Assembly: GCA_011109175.1 (NCBI GenBank)
Contig: RDEW01000005.1
Location: forward strand, 678,335-742,334
Direction of reading: 5' to 3'
Length of the DNA: 64,000 bases
From: Dicyema japonicum
Lineage: Eukaryota > Animalia > Dicyemida
The notes beneath the pieces are model-generated. The model had not been told where the DNA came from and did no database searches. It was given only the letters and a program-made list of their open reading frames with translations. This document shows, piece after piece, positions 11,975 to 24,455 of this stretch. The position numbers and the translations under genes are program-made. Position 1 is the stretch's first letter. The number at the start of each line of letters is the position of its first letter.

Positions 11975-13745
11975 TTATAGGCAACTATCGTAGAAACACC
12001 ATAATTGGTATATTTCCACGCGGCACTTAAAGCAATTTGTCGGACATCCCTCCTGTTACACGCCAAACTTCTCATAGCATCCAGATCCTCCCCACTTACG
12101 AACCTCCGGTTGATTGCCTCTCATCCAGCACCCCCGGTAGCGTAGTACGCGGGCGCCCCCGATATTTCTTTCCACTTGCAGCGAAATATTCCTCCATCGC
12201 CATATTTGCAGGTGATGTAGGGTCCATCCGTAGAACGTCTCCAAACAGTCTCCATCAAGCCTCCACCACATCCCAAGTCACAGGTCGCGTTGAGCACTTT
12301 CGCTACAGTACTTCATTGTTGATCCGTGTCGGCCATTGTACCCCGCACAGTATTCGTAATTGCCTTCAGTGGAAGGAGTTAAGATTCTTGGTTTCTGAGA
12401 CTGAGGTCCCCATGCAGGAAGAGTTATATAGCAGGACCGGCTTCACGAAAGCATTGTAGAGGCGCAAACGAAGCGCGATCGTCACCAGTCAGTTAGCCAA
12501 CCAATCCGTCTTCAACCTGTTTGCGAGTAGTTTTCCTCCGGGTAGTGTCCTCATTGTCCCGAGGAGGGAGCCGAGCTTTCTGGAACGTATTCACTGTAAG
12601 AAACCATTTCCCAAGCTCTGCAGGGGAAACGTCAAGTAACCTCCTCAAGGCTGCTTTATATTCCAAACGAAGTCCACATCATCAGCATATATAATTTCGG
12701 TGATTTGGCCATTATAAAACTTCTAAGACCACGCAGTAGTGCTTCCAGGTATACCACAAACAGGGAAAGGGAGTCCCCCTGGGGGTATCCACAGGAAGGC
12801 CTGTCTCTATTGCTTGTAGATTATGTTCCATAGATGCTCGATAGATATTTCCAGTGAAATGTGAAAAACATAATCTCTCGACTAGGTATCTTCTCCGTAT
12901 GACCTGAGGTGGCTTTGTTCCTGAAGTGCGTGCATAGCGACTTGTAATATCAAACAGGGCCACGACGATGTTGTGGTCGCTTTCCACGACGGCTGCTCCG
13001 TATGACCTCGAGTCCCGTAATAATGTTCTATCTGTCGGCAAAGAATGTAATCAATCTTATTGTAAATCATCACATGACCCCCAGATTCATTTCTTCTGCA
13101 GCTCGTCCAAGTAGTCTTATGTCGTGCAGCATGCGCAAACGCAGTGTTACACAGGAATAGACAAATGCCAGGCAGAAATTTATCAGCACAGCCCCCGGCA
13201 GGTTCCTGATCCCTCTTCCGTGTCTTCCGATAGTCGACCCATGTTCCCGACGTACTCCTGCTTTAGCATTCCAGTCTCCGGCAATGAAAACTAGAAAATA
13301 CGATTCCAGTTCGGCATATGTCCTCAATAGCTGCACGTAGAAAGCATCAAGTTCGTCCGAATCATTGGCGACCCGTCCACTGTGAGGTGCATAAACATTT
13401 ATGATTGAGGTAAGGGCCCTCGAGGTGCGTTTGTTCCCAACCCGTATTTGCAGTATGCTGATTCTGTCGTTAACACTCCAACACCGATGTATCCCACGAA
13501 CAAGTTTCTTGTGCACGTCAAACCCCTGTCTTGATGACGATGGTAGTTAAAATGAGTCTATAGTCTCCATGTAGCTCGTCCATACCAGCCTGTACTTTTG
13601 TCTCTTGTAGGCATCCCACGTCTGCACCACATCTTCCCAGATCTGAACATAACAGGTTTCTTTTCCACTCCTTGCTGATCCCTCTTACATTGAAAGGTGT
13701 TATTTTAATATATTCCAAGCGCTTTAAGTGCATTTCAGACATTTG
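11975..13745 (-). mobile_element. RTE-clade non-LTR retrotransposon with a large internal deletion
   Basis: APE motifs (FNVRGI, VGCLQETK, INVYAPHS, IAGDWNAK, IDYIL, ESDH) join almost directly to the RT core (G.PQGDS, IIYADDVDF) and the C-terminal RGRPRTTLP.VL motif. Confidence 0.85.
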
Positions 13746-15959
13746 TGCAATAGAGGCACGTCACCACCTCAACCAAAAAAAGTGAATGTATGTTGTACCA
13801 ATTCCTGGTTGATTTGGAAAGAAAGTTCAGCATTTCTTCCAATTTTCATGGAAATCGCATCAAATGAGTTCAGTTAACTTTTTCTGCCAAATCAATCTCT
13901 TATTTTGCCATTGAAGAGCATAGAGTTAATAATTTTACTGAGGAGCCTGAAGATGAAATTATGATAATTTTTATAAATTTTCATAATTTTATGTAACTGA
14001 ACCAAATTTATAGGTTTTATCAAAAGCATTCACTTCTGATATTGCTGTATTTAAGCAATTTGAAGAGCCTTCTATAATCCTCAAAGTAAATTGTACCAAT
14101 CTGACCTAATTACGATGATAAAGTTCACAATGCCTTCCAAGATGATTTTATCTTAAAAATTAATGATAATTCGCAAAATTATGTTTTCTGATATCAAAAT
14201 GCTATTTTCTGTTCTCATATCGAACCGACCTGTCAATTTCGTCAAAACCCATTTTCTAAGCAAATAATCCAGGAATTTTTAAAAATTTTATTTCATTTTA
14301 CGGATCTTCTTTAAAGTCAATACCCTCGACCTCGGTCAAACTGAAAAAAACAGAGCTTACTTATAAAGCATTGAATTTGCTAAATCAGAACTATTATCGC
14401 CTCAGACCGTACAAAAGTGTCGTCACAGAGCCAGCCAGATTTGTGAATATTAACCTAATTCCCTTTCACACTATGTATCAAACAGCCATTTTAAATGACG
14501 CTTCAAATGACCTGCTATCTCTCAACTACTCATTCACATGAAAACCTTATCCACCTTCAACCCTTTTATTGCCAAGACTTGCAGCGTTAAATGAACCCGT
14601 CTAAGATGAAGCACTTAATCTTGGAATAAAATTAAGAATTGATCAATCAACCCAGTTTCCTAAAACCTACTGTCCCATGTTAGTAAATAATTAAATGGTT
14701 AGTCCTAATACTATGGCGCACGAAATCACGAAGAGATTTAAAGTATCTAAATGGTCAAGTCTAATTGAATACAATTTATTACGCTCTCTGTATTCTTACT
14801 ACTCGCTACATCAATATCTGATGCTAAATTTTAAAGCCACTAACCGAATAAAGTTTTCAACATGTCACTCATCGTTATTTCCTTTAATATAGCCAATTGA
14901 GAACTTGTAAGTATTCTCGCGCTAAAATAATATTTAGGTATTAACCAATCATTACGATTGACGACATCATACGTAGTTTCATCCCCTGTAGGTGCGGGTA
15001 GAAATGAATTAACAACACAATATAAAATTTTCCCGGGTAGTACTTTAATATAAATTATCAATACGCCAGTAATATTGATTACATAAACTTTTACTCTACC
15101 ATCTTCGTATTCGCAGTTGTCTGGACCAGTTCTAATGAATAGTTAAATGGTTACTGTGCTACTATGAGAATATCGGCTCCATTTTCCACAACAGTGATTT
15201 TCATAAATTTACTCAAAGCCTAATGGTTAACAAACATTTCAACAGATTTCACTGCATCAATGGTTTCAGACTATTTGGTTAGGTAATTTGGATTACAGGG
15301 ATATTAAGGAATTGTATTGTAGCATCTTTCAGTAATTCCTGTTGGTTGGGATTCGTTTGTGAAGCTATCTAACGATAAACTGTAATACAAATTATTCTCA
15401 ACAAAATGAAAAGCAAGCCGAGCATTGTATTTTGCGCCGCATTCGCTATTTATTTGGTTCAGACCCGGAACTTATGAAAATGTTGAATATTCATTAAGAA
15501 GTTATTATATATGTCGAGTATACTTTGCTGGGACCATTTTTGCTTACAAAACAGACTTTTAATAATTGCATTAGCTAGCTTAAGGAATTTAAAGAATTTG
15601 TGTTTTTGTTCACAAAACTGAACATTTGTTCACATCTATTTTCTAGTAATAATTACAGTTTTGAAAATTGATAAACTCTTAAATTTCCTTTATTGTAACT
15701 TTTAGTGTACAATAATAGGATTTTTGGCGGATCAGTTTATTTCAAAGGTTAATCTTTCACACATTGCACAGACAGCAGTAATGTTTCTATTCCTTATACT
15801 TCCAATGAGGTAGGACGCACATTTTCTTTTGGATAGGTTAATGATGTTGTCATCAGTGATTGTCACTTGGAACTAGATCAGAGATTTGTCAACTCAATAA
15901 ATCTTACTTGGATTGTTATTAATTTAAAATGACATATTTTTCATTGCAAAAAATTAAAA

Positions 15960-16500
15960 AAGACCGTGCATCATTGTGCCACAAAGTGTGAGAAGACGTT
16001 GCAATGGGGATTTTATAAGAAAATAACGAAGTCGTGAGTGCCTACATTCCCACTTGTGCAGAGAGTTTGGCCTCAAAAAGCGAAAAGAACTGAAGACTCA
16101 TTCAGTGCAAATCTATTGTACTGAATGACTCAGTTGAAATCAGAGTTGACACATTTATCAAAACTGACATAATTATTTAGCATAATTAGCCAGACCTGTT
16201 CGTTTTTGACAAAAGGAGAAACAAAACTATCTTGGTCGAAGTGGGATAAAATCGGCCCAAAATCTCCAACTAGTGGAATGCGAAATACTGAGGAAATATG
16301 ACCTTATTTCCAAAGAGCTGGAGTTGATACACCACGGAGAGGTCAAGATTGTCCCCATTGTACTCACTTGGGATGGCCTAGTGACTTCATATTCGTGGAA
16401 GTATGGCAGATCTTTGAATATAAGTGAAAGAACGTACGCGTATGTTCAATCGCTGGTAATCAAGAAGACTTTGGAGAGCATGATTGTTTCATATTGAACT
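15960..16500 (+). mobile_element. R4/Dong-like non-LTR 3' fragment (REL endonuclease)
   Basis: IKTD..I.HN.PDLFVFDK....ILVEVG followed by KYDLISKEL...VKIVPIVLTWDGLVT...AYVQS.V.KKTLES. Confidence 0.7.
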
Positions 16501-16799
16501 AAATGAAAGAATAAAGGATATTTACTCTCGGTCTGATTATGAAGGAATTCAAGAGAAGAGTGTGAGCGAAGCGATACAATGTATATTGAAGAAAAAGAAA
16601 AGGACTTGTGATTATTGGGTGTACTTCCATGCAGTTGCTCGAAGAAGAAACGATTATTTATTTATTAACCACAGATACACCGAGAAAAAAGTTAAAATAA
16701 ACAACTAGTATCCAGTCTCCATTTCTACAGAAACAGAGTCCGGAATCAGCAAAAAAGAAAAAAGACATTCATTAATTGCAGTTGTGGAATCACCTCCAG

Positions 16800-16972
16800 T
16801 GGAGTGGGGGATAGCAAATGATCCCTTTTCGTACAAGCTTGGCAATGGGCGCCAGCTAGACAGGTGGATCCAATGACGTCACTCTAATAGGAAGGGAAAA
16901 AGGAGGAACAGACAAAACAAGCAGAAAACTTCAATCAATTAGCCACGTAGCACCACATGGGCCACGTGGCGA
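16800..16972 (-). repeat. Short interspersed element copy A (diverged)
   Basis: Shares the CGTGG..CCATGTGGTGCTACGT hairpin and GACGTCATTGGATCCACC with copies at 44945 and 57190. Confidence 0.65.
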
Positions 16973-16974
16973 TT

Positions 16975-17490
16975 TGGATATTATTATTTGCACTTATCGC
17001 TATGTTATGGAACTTGACAAAGCATGTGCAACACGAGTTAGCAAATCACTAGTTAATTTCATCCACTTCCTCCTATTCAAAGCGGAAATGCGTAACCAGT
17101 CAAGATCCTCTCCACTTCCAAGACGCCGTCCCATTTCTTTGAGGTCCTCGTCGAGAACGACTGGCAGTGTCGTCCTTGGGCGACTATGGAAACGGGGGGC
17201 TTCAACATGAAGTAATCCTCCACGGCTACGTTCGCGGGGCATCTAGATCTAGTCGCAGAATATGACCGAAAAGCCTCCATCGTGTATCCAGAATTTGATT
17301 TGAAATTTCAGAGATCCTCGTCCTTTTATAGAGAAGATTGGATGACATCCTCGTATCACTTCTTTAGAGCATCATATGCCGTAGTTGGTCTCTATGAAAC
17401 GCATTAATCCTCTTCAGTTTATTTCTTGAGCAGGCCCAGGTACCAGCGTTATACAATAGTATGGGTTTCACTAGCGAGTTGTATTTTAAA
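16975..17490 (-). mobile_element. RTE-clade 3' fragment
   Basis: LVKPILLYNAGTW, INAFHRDQLR, SRPRTTLPVVLDEDLK...DL..LR..A..R.KW. Confidence 0.8.
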
Positions 17491-18369
17491 TTTTTTTTAA
17501 AACTTTTTAGGTTGAGCTGGTGACGTGGCTCTTGAACTCAATGTCTAGAAAGCACAGTATCAAACCATTAAATTTTTCCCTTTTCACGTTTAACGTCAGT
17601 GAACTCTCTAGCGTTTGAAAACGGAAAAAACTGGTCGAGGATCTTTCAAAATACAAGATTTTTTTTAATTTATTAATAATACATGAAATTAAATTAATTT
17701 ATTAATAATTTTGAACTTAAAGTCAATTTCTTGTACAAGACTGCATTGTGGTCTGCAACAGTGGAGGTGGGTCTAGGGTTTTGCTTAGCATCACCGCAGA
17801 GGATAATAAAAGAAACTGTGAACGTAAGCTTGGTGCTCGTCCTGTAGCCACTACTATGCAAATTAATAAATGTCTGTTGATTACAATTGTATTCAGTTTC
17901 CTCCACGAGCATATAATCCACGTGAAAACCTGGGAACGTCCGTCATTGGTAGCTACGTTTTCTAGCCGCCGATTTTCCTTACCTAAAGGGTCCGGGGATA
18001 AATAAATAATTGTCTCAATAGAGTTACCTTTTTTATATGTCGCAGTGACCAATAGAGTAACGTTTGAGAGTCATAGGTTTGAATCCGAAAGATGGACTTC
18101 TCAGCAAGGTCAATTTTGGTTAAGCAGATCCTACACGTGAGGCAGGCTATTCAATAGTAGGAACGACTCCTTCTGGCACTACAAGTCTCTATGTTTACTT
18201 CCCTCTATGGTTTGTCCTGGAATCCTGGATTAATTTCCATAAAGGAGAAGGCTTTTTCTCGTGTTTATTATTTTGTAGAGATACATCAGTTATACCAGGA
18301 TCTCTTGTATTCATCTGCCGCTTAAAGAAACTAAAATCACGGAACAATGCGATTCGAATATAAATGAGT

Positions 18370-21175
18370 GTTACATAATGTTCCTCAATTCGATTCTTTC
18401 CTTTATGAACATGGTCTCAGGAACTCAGCACAAGTACTTAACATAATGAGAACATGTCCCGTATTCTCAAAGCCAAACTTTCGGAACATTAAAGAACGGA
18501 CTTTTTGGCAGCGGTGGGCAATGGGGAACTACGAATTTAAGATGTCACTACTATTGGGGGAGCTGGATTCACTTTGCTGTTTAAAGATATTTTCTTCCGA
18601 ACTGAGTTTATATTTGGAGAGGAATAAAATTGATATCTGCCTTTTACAAGAGACCTAGCTTACTGGGAAATCCCATACTCCTAAATTTACCGGTTTCAAT
18701 GTATTGAGAATCGATCGACAATCTGGCCGAGGTGGAAGACTATTGACCCTCATCAGGAGAGGCATTATGTTCGCCAAACACTCCTCCATATTCAGGAATC
18801 TGATAGAAGACGCAAACACAGAAGTTGTTGGGATTTCGGTACAGACCTCTCTAGGAGCTATTATCATCACCAATTTATATGTTCTCCCCCACGTTCCTGT
18901 GCAAAAGGATTTTCTATGGATTTGTCTGCCCTAGATATGATGGAATTGTTGGTGTCCGGAGATTTTAATGCCAACACCCTTCGTGGTATGAGAAACAATT
19001 TTCAGACACAAGGGGATTTCATATAATTTCCCAATTAGAAAATCTGTTTATTATGACCCACCAACTAGGAATACACGAACCCCGTATAATAGCAAGGATT
19101 CGGTTACATCACCGGATATTACGTCATGTTCACCACGGCTTGCTCCCTAATATGCTGGTCGGTAAACAATGACTTACGAAGCGACCATAATCCCATTCTG
19201 ATGAAGATCAATTGTACATCAATGACGCGGTCAAAACACATTTTTTTTATGACTACATTAATGCTGACTGGACAGGATTCAGAAGATACGTGAACTCTGC
19301 CTTGTTGAATTTTCATCCGAATATTTCAACTCAATTGATAGAGCAGTCTATCACTTCAATAAGGTGATTCTGGAAGGAGAAAACTATTTGTCAGAAGAGG
19401 AATCTTAAAGCTCACCAAGAAGAAATATGATGCAAGCACAATCAAACTAATAAAAGAAAGGAATTGTCTCAAACGTAAAAAGCACCTAACAAAACATGAT
19501 ACTAACAGAATCCGTGCACTGAACATGAAGATCAACGAAAAGACGAAACTTCTTCAAAAAACAAAACTGGGCCGAATTTCTAGAGCTATGAAAAAAAGTT
19601 CACTTACCAAGATGTGGAGGATGCTGCGAAATGTCAAAAATGCTGAAAACAATATCGAGGGAGACTGTGAACAGGAGGTAAATATGAATTTATCAAACAT
19701 TGTGTGAGGATAAGCCACAAACCATTCCAAAGGATGGACATTCCTCCACAAAAAAAATCGAAAATGAGGCACTCAACAGTGCATGTTCTACCGGGAAATG
19801 TCGCTTTGGAGATCCATCGAACAAAGAACACACATTCCTGTGGACCGGACGGGATCCCGGTTTTTCTGTTGAAAAAGATGAGCACGGGGGTAGTATCAGC
19901 ATTAACATGTATCTTCAACTACTCAATCAACTGTATTCCCGCTATCTGGAAACTTTCGATATTCATCCAATGCTGAAGCCTGGGAAGTCAAGGGAGGTCC
20001 TTGCTTTTTACAGGCCTTTGTCGCTCTTGTGCGTCCAGACAAGAATTCTATAAAGATGGTTATGACACACACGACATTCCCTCCCGGATGCCAGTTTTCA
20101 GCATGGTTTTAAAGAGGGACGATCAAAACATTAAGGAAGACCTAAATACATCAAGAAGTTCATAAAAGATGACCTCAACAAAATACCAGGACAGAAAAAG
20201 ACGATTGTATGCTCAATTGATATCCAGAAGGCTTTTGAATCGGCTTCGGGGAAAATTATCACACACAAAATATATTCGTCAATCATTGACGCAAACCTGA
20301 AATTATGGTTGGAAAGTTTCTTGAGTGGTCGACGAGGACGAGTACACCATGGCAATCGATGTTCCGTATCGAGACTATTAGCAAATGGCGTTCTCCAGGA
20401 CTCCCCATTATCTCCCCTATTGTTCAACGTTATGATGGATGACTTGCCACTCCCTCAGGGGGACGATGACATATTGTTAACGTATGCTGATGATATAGTC
20501 ATTGCCTCGAGGGATGTGAGTATCGTGGAAGCAACGAAAAGAATACAGGACAATCTGAATAAATTAAGAATGGCTTTGGGAAACTCACTTGACTGCTAGC
20601 CCGGAGAAGTCGGTGTCGACCCTATTCACGACAAACAGAAGACTAGAAAAAGTATCAATTGACGGGAAGATTATCCGCAAAACAAATACCAGAAAATCCT
20701 GGGAGTCATCCTGGTCACCTTCTTAACATGTCGAAAATATGTTATTGACTTGTACGAGGAAAATCAACTTCCTGAAGGAGTTCTTGGGAAACCTAAGAGA
20801 CATAATAGATCTGAGTGGTCTGGATGTTATTTACAAACAGTTCATAGAGGCTAAAATAGGATACGCATGTAATATCTGGGGATCTAACCTTTCTGCAGCG
20901 AATTTGGACAAGATCTGCAACATTCAAGTGAGGAAATATTCCCGAGTGGAAATCCTGCCTAGAAACCTAGAAAATATGATAGAGGCGACTGGAACAGTGA
21001 CTCTGCTAAGGACTCGGTATGCAGACTCCGTCCATATCGGAAAAGTACAGGAACTCAGTCGGAACACCGAGAAAAGATGCGGAGACTGCTGAGGGAGGCC
21101 GGAATCACCTGAATTTGTTTATTTTGGATATGACTGTATTTTTGTGGTTCAAAAAAATAAAAATAAATAAATTGT
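18370..21175 (+). mobile_element. Second near-full-length Ingi/Vingi-like LINE (different subfamily, decayed)
   Basis: APE motifs (DICLLQET, RGGRLLT, GDFNA). RT motifs (SCGPDGI, YRPLSLLC, QHGF, DIQKAF, GVLQDSPLSPLLFN, TYADD). GGAATCACCT 3' motif and (TAAA) tail. Confidence 0.8.
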
Positions 21176-21509
21176 AGTGGATTCCTGAAAAACGTGTATA
21201 CTTTGTGACTATTTCTCGAAATGAAGTAAATAATAAAAACTTAATAATTTAACTAGGATAATTATTTTGTTCCTTTCAAGGCAGACTTGGTCAAATTTCT
21301 CCAAATTTTGTTACAGGCGATATTCGACCTTGAGAGTAATCTATTTGACCTTTGTTTAGAAACCTAGTGTATTCTATATTATTTTATTTATTTTAATAAA
21401 TAATTAATAAATAAAATAATATTTCCAGTCGCGTCGTTTATGGAGTAGATAGCTATTTTCCTCAATAATTTCATATTTTTTGGTATTTATGTGATCATAT
21501 AAAAAAAGT

Positions 21510-22005
21510 TTTCACTGTTATTGCTCGAATCCACGTCTTTCTCAAAAGAACAAAGTACCCAACTGCGATATCGTTTTTGTCATCTTTCCATTTTTTTTTT
21601 TTCTCATTTTTTCCGCTGATTGTTAATTTTTTCTAGCGCATTCTGAAAATATTTTCTATATTGCTGCCTTTTAACTCCAAAAATTCGAAAATGGTCAGTT
21701 CCATCTTATTCTTCATACGCCAGCAAACCTTCTAATTCATCTTCATTTGGTTGTTTAAAATTAAAATTCATATAATTTCAAAAGGTTTTGTAGTGGGAAT
21801 GTGACGATCTATTATAGTCATATGTTATTCGTTTAATAAATTTTGCTGTTGTTGCCAAAGGTCCCGTTCGACGCACTTGTGGATGATATCCATTTTTTAA
21901 TGGATCGATTATACCTAAGAAATTTCAAATAATTAATTGTTACCGTTCTACTTGTCCCCTTATCCAAGGTGCTCTAGGCCTTCCACATATGTGCCTGATA
22001 TTGAA
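21510..22005 (-). mobile_element. Decayed rve-type DDE integrase (Ginger/Ty3-like)
   Basis: IRHICGRPRAPWIRGQVER resembles GRPRHPQ.QG.VER.N; YNRSSHS...FEI; VG.FVLL-like tail. Confidence 0.6.
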
Positions 22006-22008
22006 ATA

Positions 22009-22140
22009 CAGTAAACCCTCATTAATCCGTAAACTTCAATAATCCGAATTTTTTAGATGAGTCAGCAAAATTTCACCAAGTTTCCATATAAACAGGCTTC
22101 AATAAACCGAAACTTCATAATCCGCAATCCGAAAGACATT
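22009..22140. mobile_element. Single pogo/Tigger-type terminal inverted repeat remnant
   Basis: TA followed by CAGTAAACCCTCATTAATCCG with repeated TAATCCG subterminal motifs; partner end not found. Confidence 0.45.
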
Positions 22141-23559
22141 TATTAAAAAATTCGAATTAATTTATTTTGATTTTATAATGGAAATTAATATTTATTGATA
22201 ATTTTAATTTAAAAATATGCTAGGGGTTCTTTTATAACCCGGGTTCCCTTAAGAAACCGGTGACATTGTCTATGAGCTCGTCGTTAATGGTATCTTTAAT
22301 AATTAGGGAATCACGCTTCTTTCATTTTGATTATGACAATTTGGAATTGAAGTTTCTGCAACTCAGTCCCAGTTTTATTAACTTTTAGAAACCATCTGGA
22401 GTATCCGACGAAGGTTTACTCAGATCAGATATTCCAAGTCATCAAAATGGAAGATATTAACTCCCAATATTCTATGTCCAAACTTTAAGACATCAGAGGT
22501 TCTCATATTTTAACAATCAGTGATTAAAACTTTCTTAAGAATCACAGCAAAAAGCCTCATTTTCTGTTTAAAATACTCTAATAAATCCACTCTCAGCTCC
22601 TGGCATAGAGATCAAAAATTTTCCTTGGTCACATCGCTACTTGTGTGAATCATTGGCTGGATCACAATCCAATGTTTTGCTGACTCTACCGTCTATCAAG
22701 CTGTTCAAGGTTACTATGGGAAGAAACTACAGTTTTCACTCTAACAGATTTCCTCACAGTTACCCAACTATCTAAATCCTAAGCACACTCGTTCATCCTA
22801 AAAATCGGTTGGATCATCAGAGAGGATTCGATATTTTTGGTACAAGCTTCAGTCATCTCTTGGTTAAAGAAAAGTTCGAGACTTCTTTGATTGCCATCAG
22901 GCACCAGAACTCGACATGAGAATGATGGATCTCTGAAGCGTTCAAGATGTTCCTCAAATAGTCGCCTACCTTCCACATGTGTCAGCGTACTTGTCTAAAT
23001 TCTGCTTTTCCGAAAATTTGAGGTCATGGCTCAATGCCTTCCCCCAACGTGCATTTGGTATTCTGTTTGATGGGAATACAATCCCCGTTGCTCTTGGCAG
23101 ACGTCTGGCGTACTTTGTCTCAGCACCGCAAAGTTGATCAGGTTGATCGGGCGGCTTGCAGGACACTCTATGTGAGAGCATAGAATGACATGATATCTCT
23201 TCCACATGAGAGGTAACTCCCATTGCGTGCTCAATGCCTGAAGCCCATAATGGAAACCTTGTCCTGATTAAAACCTTAATTATCACAAGTGTCAATCACA
23301 AGACTGAACGAATATGATCAATAGGAGTCACTGGATCATTGCAAGTGTTCAGTTAAAAGGGCTTAATTGGTGAGTCTAACAGCAATTACGGAATCAAACA
23401 TTCCACAGATCTGATTAAATGACAGAGAATGGACTTATCAAAATATCACGAATTCATTTCTATGAGCAATAAAACTAATTATGGGAGTAATCAATATTCT
23501 TAATTACAACTCACAATAAACCACAATTTTAAGACAACAAATTCTAATAAATCAATTCT

Positions 23560-23990
23560 TTCACCGATCGATCGAAATTTGAATAAAATTATCTAAAAGT
23601 TCCTTCCATGATCGCAAGGTAAATGTCCTTCTTGTTCGCCCTTACGATTCTATCATGCAGGTCGATTATCTCAGAAAAATCAGTGCAGGGGCCAAGCACT
23701 TCATACGTCTCTACAGAAATCGGTCAGAAGATGAGTCTCTGAAATTTCCCACTAACCACGTGTTTCCATTACTGAATAACCAGGAAACCCATTTGGAAAC
23801 AAAAACGTTTTAGCAAAGGAATCGTGATCAGCCCAAGAACATCTCGGTCAAGTTCCTCAATGAGGCACTTTATGAAAAAGTGGAATCATTGGTGGGCCGT
23901 TCGAAAAGAAATAAAATTGCTAAAAGCTGAGATCACCTAATTAGTTACCCATAGCTCCCACTTTTTGATAGTCTTGAGTTTTTTAAAAAT
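23560..23990 (+). mobile_element. LINE 3' fragment
   Basis: Ends in GAGATCACCTAATTAGTT, the shared LINE 3' motif. Confidence 0.4.
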
Positions 23991-24455
23991 TTAAAGAATT
24001 ACTCGAAAATTGCACGTGCACATTTATATCACGTGGTCTTACAACATACGAAATAAATTACAAAAGAGATGTTATATAAAATATCGAATTTATTGCATCA
24101 TAAGTCAAGACAGAATTTTATTTAATTACTTTTAAAAATGATAATTTTAATTGATTGATAAAATTATTCCAATAATAATAATATATTTTATTAAAATAAA
24201 AAATTATATTTAAATTTGAAATTAATCCGAAAATAAATAAATAACGCCGTCTGCACTACCAATTATGCAAGTAAGCCTTAAATTTACATTCATTCCACAA
24301 GTCGCCCTTAATAATAAAAATTAGCCACATTTAAGAATTTGCATAAATCCGCTAAATATTCTCAATTATGGTGCCTGTTGTTACTATTGATTTTATCGGT
24401 TTAATCCATCGATTATGGCTTATAAACACTTAACCTCACGAATTTAGAACGCTAA

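Noticed and set aside
17940-18500. HDV-like folds upstream of the degenerate 2A and of the second LINE
   Set aside because: Only isolated hairpins; I could not assign P1 and P2 convincingly.
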